In this document: positions 1 through 11,430 of the stretch, piece after piece
Position numbering within the stretch: the first letter of the stretch is position 1
How the letters are laid out: each line of letters starts with the position of its first letter
Source: Felis catus
Lineage: Eukaryota
Reading direction: 5' to 3'
DNA length: 64,000 bases
Assembly (NCBI RefSeq): GCF_018350175.1
Contig: NC_058371.1
Location: 112,902,001-112,966,000, forward strand
The notes under the pieces: model-generated
Seen by the model: only the letters and a program-made list of their open reading frames with translations
What the model was told of the DNA's origin: nothing
Database searches by the model: none
Position numbers and translations under genes: made by a program

Positions 1-51
1 AGTGCTTGATTCTTTGGCCATATTTAGCAGCTTCACAAAAGAAAATAATTT

Positions 52-252
52 GAGGTGCCTGCTTGGCTCAGTTAGTTAAACATCCAAGTCTTGACTTCAG
101 CTCATGATCTCACAGTTCAGGTCATGATCTCACAGTTCCGCTGAAGTGTGGAGCCTGCTTGGGATTTTCTCTCTTCCTCTCTCTGCCCCTCCCCTGCTCG
201 AGAGTACTCTCTCTCTCTTTCTCTCAAAATAAATAAATAAACTTAAAAAAAA
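52..252 (+). mobile_element. Can-SINE (internally rearranged)
   Basis: GGTGCCT..GGCTCAGTTAGTTAA head, (CT)n, AATAAA-type tail. Confidence 0.9.
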
Positions 253-772
253 TTTGGTTACCCAGCATGTAAATAATAATTTTTTTCTTAAGTATCATTA
301 TGCACTCATGGATTTCTACTTTATGTGTCAATGATTTTTAGATGAATTTGATTTGGGTATATTTTAGTTCATTGCTATTATTCTTTTTGATGCTAAATTA
401 TCGATTTTTGGTCACGGTGAGTCTCACCAAGTTGGCTCCTGAATCCTTTCACATGCACTGAGTAGTGCTCATAGCTTGATTTGTGTGTGTGTGGTGGGGG
501 TGGGGGTGGTGACAAGATGTTCTAGGCCAGGCATATTGTATATTTCTTATCTGGAAATGGGATTAGTCATTTCTCCTTGGAGCCCTAGTTCCTTTGGGGT
601 AAGGAAGATAGTATTTACAAACTGGTGAGTTGTGGTGGTGATTGTTCATGCCAAGGTAGTTCTTATTTCTAGGCCTTTCAGAGGCCAGAAATAGAATTTT
701 TTTTTTCAAGAGATGTATTCAGAGTTAGTACTAATACTTCTAATTCATATTTACCACTAGTTTTTACTTAAT

Positions 773-992
773 TTCTTTTTTTAGATTTTTTAAATGTCTG
801 TTTATTTTTGAGATAGAGACAGAGCACAAGCGGGGGAGAGGCAGAGAGAGAGGGAGACGCAGAATATGAAGCAGGCTCCTGGCTCCAAGCTGTCAGTCCC
901 AGAGCCTGATGTAGAGCTCGAACCCATGAACTGCGAGATCATGACCTGAGCTGAAGTCGGACACCCAACCGACTGAGCCACCCAGGCGCCCC
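773..992 (-). mobile_element. Can-SINE (SINEC_Fc-like)
   Basis: Reverse-strand head ...GACTGAGCCACCCAGGCGCCCC, (GA)n and poly-T tail. Confidence 0.95.
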
Positions 993-1676
993 TCGTTTAC
1001 TTTCTTATATCTCCTTCCTCTCATGCCAAAATCCAAATCCCAATGTCAGCCACTAACTATTTATTTATTTTTATCCTACAACGCATGTGCAACAGCTGTT
1101 AACAGTACCTTATCTTTTTTAGATTGACAAATTCTTCTTGTTTTCTCTTCTGTTTCTTTAATTCTTTTAGTTACTTCCTCTGGAGCCATATTTTGCAAAA
1201 AAATTTAAAAAGCAGGACTACATAGAGTTAAAGCATTGACAATTGAGGATCCTGTAAAAATTATAATATTCTAATAGGAATTTGGAAAACACTGACAATA
1301 GAATTCTATTGTTCTATTAACTGAACATGGTTCCGTGTTAGAAAGAGTATATGAAGTTCCTCTGTGCCTAAAGAATTCTGGTCAATGACACATTGGAAGA
1401 AAATATTAAATACAGAATGATATATTTCTTACATAATGTTTACGTAAATTTTACTCCTAGACACAAAATACCTATATATTGTTTATTAATACATTTGAGT
1501 ATTTCTAAAAGTATCTAAAAAGGTAGTAGAAAAAACATACTCAATTTTATATCTGGAAAAACAGAGGAGACATGCTTTTATTAAATGCCTCGTATTTCTA
1601 GAAAATAAAACAAAAAATTTCATTGCTGGTAGAGCGTAGTTCTAGGGGACTGGCAGTTTAGAAATAAGAAGGATTT

Positions 1677-1879
1677 GGGGCACCTGCATGGCTCAGTCAG
1701 TTAAGCGTCTGACTCTTGATTTTGGCTCAGGTCATGATCTCACGGTGCATGAGATCAAGCCCTGTGTCAGGCCCTGCACTGACTGAGCAGAGCCTGCTTG
1801 GGATTGTCTCTCTCTGGCCCTACCCACTCAGACTTTCTTTCTCAACATAAATCAACATTAAAAAAATAATAATAATAAT
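1677..1879 (+). mobile_element. Can-SINE
   Basis: GGGGCACCTG..GGCTCAGTCAGTTAAGCGTCTGACTC head, A-rich tail. Confidence 0.93.
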
Positions 1880-2712
1880 GAGATAAAGTTTTTTCTGTGA
1901 TGTGTTGTCTTGTTTGCTTGTCTGCATTTAGAACATTATTCAATATATATGCACATGATCTCATACCCAATTCTAGAGAATCTTAAGAATACTTGCTACC
2001 TTTATTTGGAATGGAGTTGATATAAACCTTCAAAAGATGCTTTTGGCTCAGAGATGTTTTGGTGAAAGTTGGTAAGAATTTCTCTATTTTGGCCAGATAG
2101 GATAACTTCATTATTATTTATAAGCATATGTTTTTAGAGAAAATTTTTGAATGGCTTTTACCTTACTATATAATTCACAAATTTTCAAGTCTATGTGTCA
2201 ATAGAGCCTAATAGAGAAGTTAAAAATTCCTTGCTCAGGAGACATTCTGGTATTAGGTAACCTGGATCTACTCTACCTCCCTGCTCTTTGCCATTACAGG
2301 ATAAGGTATTATCTATTTGGAAAAAGAAAGAAAGAGAACCAAAATTTTCAGTTAGAGAAATTATAAATGGAAGGAGGGGAGAAACAGTAGGTTTTTTGTT
2401 TTTGTTTTTTGGAAAAATCATTGAAAATGTAATTGTTTTGAGTATTTTGCTGTTGGAGAATAATTTCTTTTCCACAGCTTCCCAAGCTTACCCCTTAGCT
2501 TTTTATAGTAGCCAGAGGTTCAACTATGACTAATTTCCAGAGGCCACACCCTGTTTACTCATGAACTGAGACAACAGAGATGAGAATTAATTTGGACATG
2601 CAGAGTACTTAAGCAAAAACAAACAAACAAATAAAACCCTGTCTTCATACCAGTCTATTTCAGAAAGTGGTGTGGGGTTTTCCATAGTTTGGCAAGAATT
2701 ACCTATAGAGTA

Positions 2713-2773
2713 TTTTGTTTTTTGTTTTTTGTTTTTTTGAAAGAGAGCAAGCCAGGGAGAGGGACAGAGAGAG

Positions 2774-2810
<37 letters not shown>

Positions 2811-2933
2811 CTCAAGCAGGCTCCGTGCTCATCATGGAGCCCAACACAGGGCTTGATCCCACCACCCTAGGATCATGATCTGAGCCAAAATTGAGAGTTC
2901 GCCGCTCAACCAACTAAGCCACCCAGGCGTCCC
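2713..2933 (-). mobile_element. Can-SINE
   Basis: Reverse head CACCCAGGCGTCCC; TSD ctatagagtatttt / ctatagaatatttt. Confidence 0.93.
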
Positions 2934-3019
2934 AAACTATAGAATATTTTTCTTCTATCTCTTTCCTTTGGGATACTCACTGAATATGTGACACTAGCCT
3001 TCATACAGGCCATGTACCA

Positions 3020-3245
3020 TTTAATTTTATTTTTTAATTATTTTTTTAATGTCTGTTTATAGTGAGAGAGAGCACACGTGCTCACATGTGTGCAAATAGG
3101 GGAGGGGCAGAGATAGAGGGAGACAGAGAATCCCAAGCAGACTCCCTGCTGTCAGCACAGAGCCCGACATGGGGCTGCACCTCAAGAACCATGAAATCAT
3201 GACCTGAGCTGAAATCAAGAGTCTGACACTCAACCAACTGAGCCC
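3020..3245 (-). mobile_element. Can-SINE (5'-clipped)
   Basis: Reverse-strand body GAATCCCAAGCAGACTCC...TCAAGAGTCTGACACTCAACCAACTGAGCC. Confidence 0.9.
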
Positions 3246-3810
3246 CTATTTAATTTATTGAAAGCCGTCATAAGTTTTGACGGAGTCAATAGAATATGAT
3301 CACGACTGAGCTTTCACCAGGTCTGCAATGTATTCATTTTATTTGATAATAATGTCTCCGAGGTTTTCTTGGCAGTTTCTCCCCATTACCTACACCCTGC
3401 CGACCCTGTTCAGATTCAAACCATGAGCTTCTGGTATCAGTCTTTAGGAATATGATGGGGATGATGACACAGTGCCCTACTACATCTAGCCTACCTTCCA
3501 CCCAACCTAAGGATAAGCACTTCCTTATTTTAATGAGATAATTCTATGTGGCGGTTGGCTCTAGCTATTTGAACATTTCCTTGGGATAAATGCTGAGAAA
3601 AATTCTGGTACTTTGAATTAGTAGATCCTTTGGATGAGATTGTGTCTCAATGGCAAAAATCCTCAAACACTTCAAGGTGCCTATGATCCATTCTTCTCTG
3701 ACCCTGCTGAGTCATTAAATTATGTTGCTATGATACCTCAGCTGCCTGACTACTGTTGCTTTGTAAAGGATTTTCGACGTATTTATTTAATGACTTCAAA
3801 CCCTTCCAGA

Positions 3811-4112
3811 TTTTNNNNNNNNNNNNNNNNNNNNNNNNNNNNNNNNNNNNNNNNNNNNNNNNNNNNNNNNNNNNNNNNNNNNNNNNNNNNNNNNNNNNNN
3901 NNNNNNNNNNNNNNNNNNNNNNNNNNNNNNNNNNNNNNNNNNNNNNNNNNCGGGGGAGGGGCAGAGAGAGAGGGAGACACAGAATCCGAAACAGGCTCCA
4001 GGCTCTGAGCTGTCAGCACAGAGCCTGATGCGGGGCTCGAACTCACAGACCGCGAGATCATGACCTGAGCCAAAGTCGGATGCTTAACCGACTGAGCCAC
4101 CCAGGCGCCCCC
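3811..4112 (-). mobile_element. Can-SINE (SINEC_Fc; tail in N gap 3815-3950)
   Basis: CpG-rich reverse-strand body and head ending CCAGGCGCCCC. Confidence 0.93.
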
Positions 4113-4122
4113 CCCAAAAAAA

Positions 4123-4328
4123 ATTTTTTTTAATGTTTATTTATTTTTAAGAGAGAGAGAGACAGAACATGAGTGAGGGAGGGGCAGAGACAGAGAGGGA
4201 GACACAGAATCCGAAGCAGGCTTCAGGGTGTCCACACAGAGCCCAACACGGGGGTCAAACCCACGAACCATGAAATCATGACCTGAGCCGAAGTTGGGTG
4301 CTTAACTGACTGAGCCACTCAGGTGCCC
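4123..4328 (-). mobile_element. Can-SINE (SINEC_Fc)
   Basis: Poly-T tail, (GA)n, reverse head GACTGAGCCACTCAGGTGCCC. Confidence 0.93.
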
Positions 4329-5062
4329 TGGAATCCTTCGAGATTGGGTAGAGATGTGTGTGATTCTGATTCAGGCGGCTTTTGCCAGGATCTATCTGGC
4401 AGTGTTTCATTCTCGTTGGTAGCATAAGGAGTTCCAAGGAGCCTTCCAGGTCTCTGACCCAGAACAGGGTCAAAGCAAGGTGTCTAGTCATTGTACATCA
4501 GAATAAGATGTACTGCGTATTTATAGATGCCAGTATCACACTTGCTTCAGATTTGCTTACTCATGTTTCCCAGTGATTCAGTCTGGCCTCAATTGTTTTA
4601 TGCTTCCTGACAAAATCAGATGTTCTATACTTTGCAAGTTTGACTCCTCACCTTGTTACTAACTGGAAGTTTTTTCCCTTTGAAACTCATTTTTATTTCC
4701 TGGCCTTATTTTAATTTTTATTAAATTTCAGTGTTGGCTTAAGTATAAAATATATTCCAGCTGAATAGAAAAGTATTCTTTAGTGAGATTTCCAAGAATA
4801 AAGTGCTTAAATATAGTACAGGAAACATTCAGAAAAGTATGTTTAACAGTGCAGAGCAGCAGATGAATGGTATTTAATTAAATCTACTTGTGATTTTCAT
4901 ACACACACATAAGTGTTTAATATCTGGAGAATTATTAGCAATTGTTAAGGCAACAAATATATAATAAAACCAATGGAAACTATTCAGATGAGTAAATTAT
5001 GGCATCTAAAATACTTGTTGGAAAAAATAAATAAATAAATAAATAAAAATAAAAATCTTGTT

Positions 5063-5282
5063 GGGGCACCTGGGTGGTTCAGTTGGTTAAGCATTCTACT
5101 CTTGGTTTTAGCTCAGGTCATGATCAGGGTCAGGGGATTGAGCACCATGTCAAGCTCTGAGCTGGGTGGGCAGCCTGATTAAGATTCTCTGTCTCCCTCT
5201 CTCTCTGCCCCTATCCTATGCTCAGGCATGTGCACATTCTCTCTCTCAAAAATAAATAAGTAAATAAATAAAAATAAAAAAA
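5063..5282 (+). mobile_element. Can-SINE
   Basis: GGGGCACCTGGGTGGTTCAGTTGGTTAAGC head, (CT)n, (TAAA)n tail. Confidence 0.93.
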
Positions 5283-5632
5283 CGTGTTAAGGGGAAAATA
5301 AATCATTGACCTGTAAAATGAGGAAACAAAGAAAGTGACAAATTTTGGAACAACTTAATCAATTTTTTCTCAAGCACCTCTTGTCTAGTATTTTGTTCTG
5401 TGGTTGCCAAAAGCGTTCCCTCTTGATCTACAAAGAAAACTTTACAAAGAATGATTCTAGTGATAGTAATTATAAAAATGAAATGGATACATGAGCTGTA
5501 AATGCTATAGGAGGAAATCCCTATTGCATTGATAGCAGGTTATAAATTTTACAGTTTTAAACGTAGCACCAAGGGGGGCAGAATTAACAAAGGAAACGAT
5601 ATCTCTAGAAAGCATATGCTGAGTAGTTACAA

Positions 5633-5633
5633 A

Positions 5634-5709
<76 letters not shown>

Positions 5710-5710
5710 A
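5633..5710. repeat. (AAAG)n tetranucleotide microsatellite
   Basis: About 19 perfect AAAG units; source of the spurious KKERKKER ORF. Confidence 0.98.
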
Positions 5711-6106
5711 AAGAAAAGCTGAATAATCATGGGAATGTGATACCATTTATGAAAAGTTTCCGAACCCATAAATGAACACTACATTTTATTTATTAACATA
5801 TATGCAGTAAAAGCATAAAAATAACTTTTGAAGGTTCACGCTATCTCTGTTTCTGAGGAGGCAGAGAGAATGACCAGATCAGAGAGGGCCCAATGGAGTC
5901 TTCAACTCTTTTTTTGTAAGATTTTATGTCATTACAAGTAAGTCAAACATGAAAAAGATAGTTGCGTTTGACACAAAGTATAGATGGCAATTTTTTTTAA
6001 GTTGAAAGCAAATAATGAAAAAAATCCACCTTTCAAAAGAAAAGCTAGCAGTTGTACTTAGAGGATTCTGGTGAAATGCTTGTGTACGTGAAATAAAACA
6101 AGGTAA

Positions 6107-6293
6107 GGACGCTTGGGTGGCTCCGTGGTTGAGCATTCAACTTGATTTCCACTCAGGTCATGACCCCAGGGTTGTGGAATCAAGCCCCAGGTCAGGTTTC
6201 CTGCTGAGCATGGGGCCTGCTTAAGATTCTCTCTCCCTCTGCCCCTCTTTCACTTGTGCACTCTCTCTCTCTAAAATTAAATCAATCAATCAA
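6107..6293 (+). mobile_element. Can-SINE (older subfamily)
   Basis: Head GGACGCTTGGGTGGCTC, CAGGTCATGA, CCTGCTTAAGATTCTCTC, tail. Confidence 0.9.
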
Positions 6294-6401
6294 CGTTATG
6301 GCAAAATACAAATTTGGCCCTATTGATCCTCATACTTCCCCTCCCTCCATAATGGCAAATGTATAGTTAGAATTATGAATATTTCGTGTTTTCTGTTTTC
6401 T

Positions 6402-6651
6402 TTTTTTTTCTTTTTTCTTTTTTTTTTATTTAAAAATTTTTTTTTTCAACATTTATTTATTTTTTTGGGAGAGAGAGAGACAGAGCATGAACGGGGGAGG
6501 GGCAGAGAGAGAGGGAGACACAGAATCGGAAACAGGCTCCAGGCTCTGAGCCATCAGCCCAGAGCTCGACGCGGGGCTCGAACTCACGGACCGCGAGATC
6601 GTGACCTGGCTGAAGTCGGACGCTTAACCGACTGCGCCACCTAGGCGTCCC
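6402..6651 (-). mobile_element. Young SINEC_Fc1-type Can-SINE
   Basis: Intact CpGs; GACTGCGCCACC and ATCGGAAAC diagnostics; 15-bp TSD tgttttctgttttct (6387-6401 / 6654-6668). Confidence 0.97.
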
Positions 6652-7790
6652 AATGTTTTCTGTTTTCTGATAACAGTCCTCAGTTAAGAGTGTCCTTTCA
6701 GTTATGGCTGAAGGAAAATTTTAGGACCTTTCTTTTCTGAACATTTGTTGTTGGACTCTTGACTATCTAGTGTTTCTATCTTATATAAAGATATATGGTC
6801 TGATAGACAACATGTAGACAGATGGAAGTCAGATATCGGTCACTTAGACATTTGTTCATCACCTCATTTTGTCAAAAGGTTTTCTTTTTACATATAGTCT
6901 ANNNNNNNNNNNNNNNNNNNNNNNNNNNNNNNNNNNNNNNNNNNNNNNNNNNNNNNNNNNNNNNNNNNNNNNNNNNNNNNNNNNNNNNNNNNNNNNNNNN
7001 NNNNNNNNNNNNNNNNNNNNNNNNNNNNNNNNNNNNNNNNNNNNNNNCTCTGGATTTTGTGCCACTTTATCAAGGGACCGCACCACAGAACTATTCTGCT
7101 TCTGATGCCATATTTATAAATTATAGCTTCTGTCTCATTTTTTAAGCTATATCTAATAGATGTATAGAAAAATCTTATTTTCTGAAGGCAGGGGGTATAA
7201 AAGGTTTTTTTGCAGAATCAAATCGATTTTTCTCAAAAGTGAATTGTTTATTGATATGGAAAACAACAGAGCCTGGAAGTAACACGGTAACCAAATAACC
7301 AGATGACATGGTTGTTTCAAAGGTCAGGGCAAAGCAATGACAGCAAAACACACTCTGTTTCCCTTCGCATCAAGAGAAATGTGAAGCATCTACATAGAAT
7401 GAAAAATCCAATAAATTATTAAGGCAAGAAGCCTAACAAACAGTGAGGGCAAAATAGTCCAGTGCCATAAGAAAAATAATCCCGACATTTACTCAGTACT
7501 TCCAGACTTGGTTTCCTTGCCTGATGAAAGAAAGGCACCGTGTTTTCATAAATGAAGCTGACAATGTCTAGGCTGAAAGACAGTGGCATTCTTTACCATT
7601 TTGAGATGTACTTGAGTCCCTTTCCACCTGAGAGCTGCCAGAATACCCTCCACGGTACTACTCCGTATGAATATCAATTTTGTTATTCTGTTCAACAATT
7701 TTGCTACAGAGGAAGTAGCAAACAAATCACCGCTCCAGGATAAAAAGAGCTCTTTTCCTGCCTGCTCCTCTCCAGCATGTGTGTGTGCAT

Positions 7791-7794
<4 letters not shown>

Positions 7795-7833
<39 letters not shown>
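7795..7833. repeat. (CA)n microsatellite
   Basis: About 19 CA units. Confidence 0.98.
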
Positions 7834-7836
<3 letters not shown>

Positions 7837-9486
7837 TGCACACTCTTTTCCGCATGCTGTCAGCTTCTTGGGAATGTCATGCCATCCCCCTGTTTTCAGA
7901 TACAGCATTTCAGTAAAATGCTACTTCAGCTGAGACCTTACATCAAGTTCCAGGGCCAACAGAGTTATCTGTGATTCTCCCCTCTGCACTTCGTTAGTTC
8001 TGCCAGAAGCATCACTAGTGGATAACAGAGAGGAGTTACAGGGCATAGGCTATTTCGCTGGCATTGTGTTTTTCTTTCGATGTTTAAAGCTGGATTCTTT
8101 GCCAGAATAGACTGTAGCCTCAAATTACAATGAAGTGACAGTAATTGAATCACTTGACTCCTTTGGAAAAACCAAGAGCAATAACAAAGATAAGGAAAGG
8201 GCAACTCTCCATCCTTTAACAGTAAGATAGAGCTTATAAACAGATCTACACATCCTCGCTTGGTCTGGACAGTCTTAGCTCTATGCCCATTGTCCCAGTG
8301 TAATTATTAATAGGTCCCCTCTCACTCTCAAAATGTCCTAATTTGAATGGTAAAAGAAATGGCTATTCTATTTATACCCACTGAGACACTGTGTTGGCTC
8401 AATGAAACAGAAAAAGGAAAAAAATACCCATGATCATTTGCCAACTTTGCCCTCACAAGTTTTTCTTTTTAGCATTGCCTCTCACCTGAAACTTGCTCCC
8501 CTGCCAGTAACATTTCCAAATGTTTGACATAGCATCACTCAAATTTAAAATATTCAAGCCAGATCCCTTTTGTTGATCCCATAAAATATCTCAAAATTTG
8601 TCACTATTTTATTAGCAAACATCTTTAAGTCATTCGAAATACACAAATAACTCTTTTAACCAGTCACTGGGTTGTATAATTACTCTCCAATAATTAGAGT
8701 AGCATCTACACCACTCCATCCCCACACTGGACACTCCAGTCATGACCTTTATCACTTCCCTTAAGTTATTTGCCACCATTAATTGCTACCTCCCACGTGT
8801 TTTCTCTATCCAAGCGACTCGACATACCATACCATTTTCCTGTAGAAATCTTAATTGAAACTCCTTTGCCTATAGGTTTAAACTTCAGTCTGTCCATAAA
8901 ACAATTGTAATCTTACCTTGAACCACCTTTCACCACTGCCCTATACGGATTTTCCACCCAAGCCAATATGGGTTTGTTTATTGCCTGCAAAACACACTTG
9001 CCCATCCTAACTTCATGTCCTTGAATACACCACACCTCCCTTTCTCCATTTTCCTTCCATTTTTTCCCTTAAATATTAGCCATCGCTTTGACCTAGCTTA
9101 GAATGCCATCTCTATAAAGGCATATATCATTTGAGCACGTACCTCCGTTTCTACCAAACCTGTTGTTATGTATCATTTAAACCAGAACATATGCTGCCTT
9201 ACCCATGTGCCTCCTGGTAAGCTGTATGAGTTCTTGAGGCCAAATTGTGTCTCGCTGTTCCTGGAACACCTTGGCATACACAAAGTTTCTGAATTAATGA
9301 ATAAAAATCTGACATTTGGCCACTCCTCCAGTCACATGTGATCGGCATTTTCAGTCATGTTCACTTGTTCACCCTTCGTATTTCGTGTGGTCAACTGCCT
9401 CAGACACACCCAGTCCAGTTTTTATTTGCTATCATAAGGCTTCATCTGTGACACTATACACATGCTTTAAGAAATCTGCAAAAGAA

Positions 9487-9709
9487 GGGGCGCCTGGGTG
9501 GCTCAGTGGGTTGGGCGTCCGACTTCGGCTCAGGTCACGATCTCACGGTCCGTGAGTTCGAGCCCCGCGTCGGGCTCTGGGCTGACGGCTCAGAGCCTGG
9601 AGCCTGCTTCCTATTCTGTGTCTCCCTCTCTCTCTGCTCCTCCCCCGTTCATGCTCTGTCTCTCTCCGTCTCAAAAATAAATAAACGTTAAAAAAAATTA
9701 AAAAAAAAA
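9487..9709 (+). mobile_element. Young SINEC_Fc Can-SINE
   Basis: Full head and body with CpGs; TSD aagaaatctgcaa (9469-9481 / 9710-9722). Confidence 0.97.
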
Positions 9710-9722
9710 AAGAAATCTGCAA

Positions 9723-10840
9723 NNNNNNNNNNNNNNNNNNNNNNNNNNNNNNNNNNNNNNNNNNNNNNNNNNNNNNNNNNNNNNNNNNNNNNNNNNNNNN
9801 NNNNNNNNNNNNNNNNNNNNNNNNNNNNNNNNNNNNNNNNNNNNNNNNNNNNNNNNNNNNNNNNNNNNNNNNNNTTTACTTCTGGGTATTTATCTGGAGG
9901 AAACAAAAACACTAACTTGNNNNNNNNNNNNNNNNNNNNNNNNNNNNNNNNNNNNNNNNNNNNNNNNNNNNNNNNNNNNNNNNNNNNNNNNNNNNNNNNN
10001 NNNNNNNNNNNNNNNNNNNNNNNNNNNNNNNNNNNNNNNNNNNNNNNNNNNNNNNNNNNNNNNNNNNNNNNNNNNNNNNNNNNNNNNNNNNNNNGGCTCA
10101 GTCAGTTAAGCGTCCATCTTCAGCTCAGGTCATGATCTCATGGTTCCTGGGTTTGAGCCCCGAGTCTGCCTCTGCTGACAGCTCAGAACTGGGAGCCTGC
10201 TTTGGATTTTGTCTCTCTTTCTCTCTGTCTCTGTCTCTCTCTCTGTCTCTCTCTGTCTCTCTCTCTCTCTCTCTCTGCCCCTCCCCCACTCTCTCTCTCC
10301 CTCTTTCTTCCCTCCCTCTCTCTCGAAAATAAACTTTAAAAAAAAATTTTTTTTAAGGAATAAAATCTTGCCATTCATGACAATATGGATGGACCTTGAG
10401 AACATTATACCAAGTGAAAATGAGCCAGACAGAGAAAGACAAATACTGTATAATCTCACATACATGTGGAATCTTAAAACAAAAAAAACTGCAAACTCAT
10501 AGAGAACAGATTGATGGTTGCCAGAGGCAGGAGGTAGAAGGTGGGCAATAGGACCAAAAAGGTACAAACTGCCAGTTATAAAATAAGTACAGCATGTGGA
10601 TGTAATGTACAGCATGGTGACTATAATAAATAATACTCTATTGTATATTTGACAGGTGCTAAGAGAGTAAATTTTGAAAGCTCTCAGCACAAGAACAAAA
10701 ATTATAACTGTGTTGATGGATATTAACTAGAATTATTGTGGTAATCATTTCACAATATATACAAATATTGAATTATTAGGTTGCACACCTGAAACTAATA
10801 TAATGCTGAATGTCAATTACATCTCAATTGTTAAAAAAAG
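9723..10840 (+). mobile_element. 5'-truncated L1 3' end (L1MA9/L1_Carn-like), interrupted by two N gaps and a SINE
   Basis: ttctgggtatttatc, gaaataaaatcttgccattcatgacaatatggatggacc, gtacagcatggtgactata, acacctgaaactaata...tgtcaatt are typical L1 3' UTR motifs. Confidence 0.88.
10095..10350 (+). mobile_element. Can-SINE nested in L1, expanded (CT)n
   Basis: GGCTCAGTCAGTTAAGCGTCC head after the gap, long CT-rich tract, tail. Confidence 0.93.
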
Positions 10841-10859
10841 AAACCTGAGATTGACGTCA

Positions 10860-11386
10860 TGTAATTGCAGGGGTCTTCCAAAGGCCTGCAAAGCCCTACA
10901 CACTCTGGTCTTTGTGACTCTGACCTCTCCCCTACCTCCCTTTCCCCTCCCCAACTCCCTCTCTGTCCTTCTCTTTCTCCTCCCCTCCCCCCTGCCTTGT
11001 CCCTCTTTCCCCCCTCCCCTGCCTTTTGCTGTTCCTTAAATATGCTGCTAAGGCTGCTCCCTCAGGGACCACACACTTGCCCTCCTGCCCAGAACACTCC
11101 TTGCCCAGATATTCCAACCACTTGTCCCTCATCTCCTTCAAGTCTTTGCTCAAGACTCACCTTCTGGGTGAGGTCTTTCTCAGTCTCCCTCTCTAAAGTC
11201 ACAACATTCTCCACCACAGGCTCCTTACTGCCCTCACCTGATGTTTTTCCCTTTGGCACTCACCACCTTCTAGCCCATTCTATGTTTTTCTGATCTTGTT
11301 CATTCTCCTACTGGTCTAAACTCCACGAGGGCAGGAATTTTTGTCTGATCTTATGCCACATCTCTTAGTCCAAAAAGGTGCTTAAT

Positions 11387-11390
<4 letters not shown>
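10860..11390 (+). mobile_element. LINE2 3' region
   Basis: ggcctgcaaagccctac, cctcaggg, ctccacgagggcagg..ttgtctg, gtgcttaataa resemble the L2 3' end. Confidence 0.7.

Positions 11391-11428
<38 letters not shown>
11389..11428. repeat. (GT)n microsatellite
   Basis: About 20 GT units. Confidence 0.98.

Positions 11429-11430
<2 letters not shown>

Noticed and set aside
1295-1312. 18-bp perfect palindrome ACAATAGAATTCTATTGT
   Set aside because: About the size expected by chance once in 64 kb of AT-rich DNA; no supporting context.
6902-7047. 146-nt gap as the hiding place of the next upstream ELOVL6 exon
   Set aside because: Size is compatible but the flanks give no clear splice context, and recalled intron lengths suggest that exon lies upstream of the window. 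Not testable here.
9487-9570. tRNA-like A/B-box sequences in SINE heads as tRNA genes
   Set aside because: They are the tRNA-derived heads of Can-SINEs, followed by (CT)n and A-tails, with TSDs.
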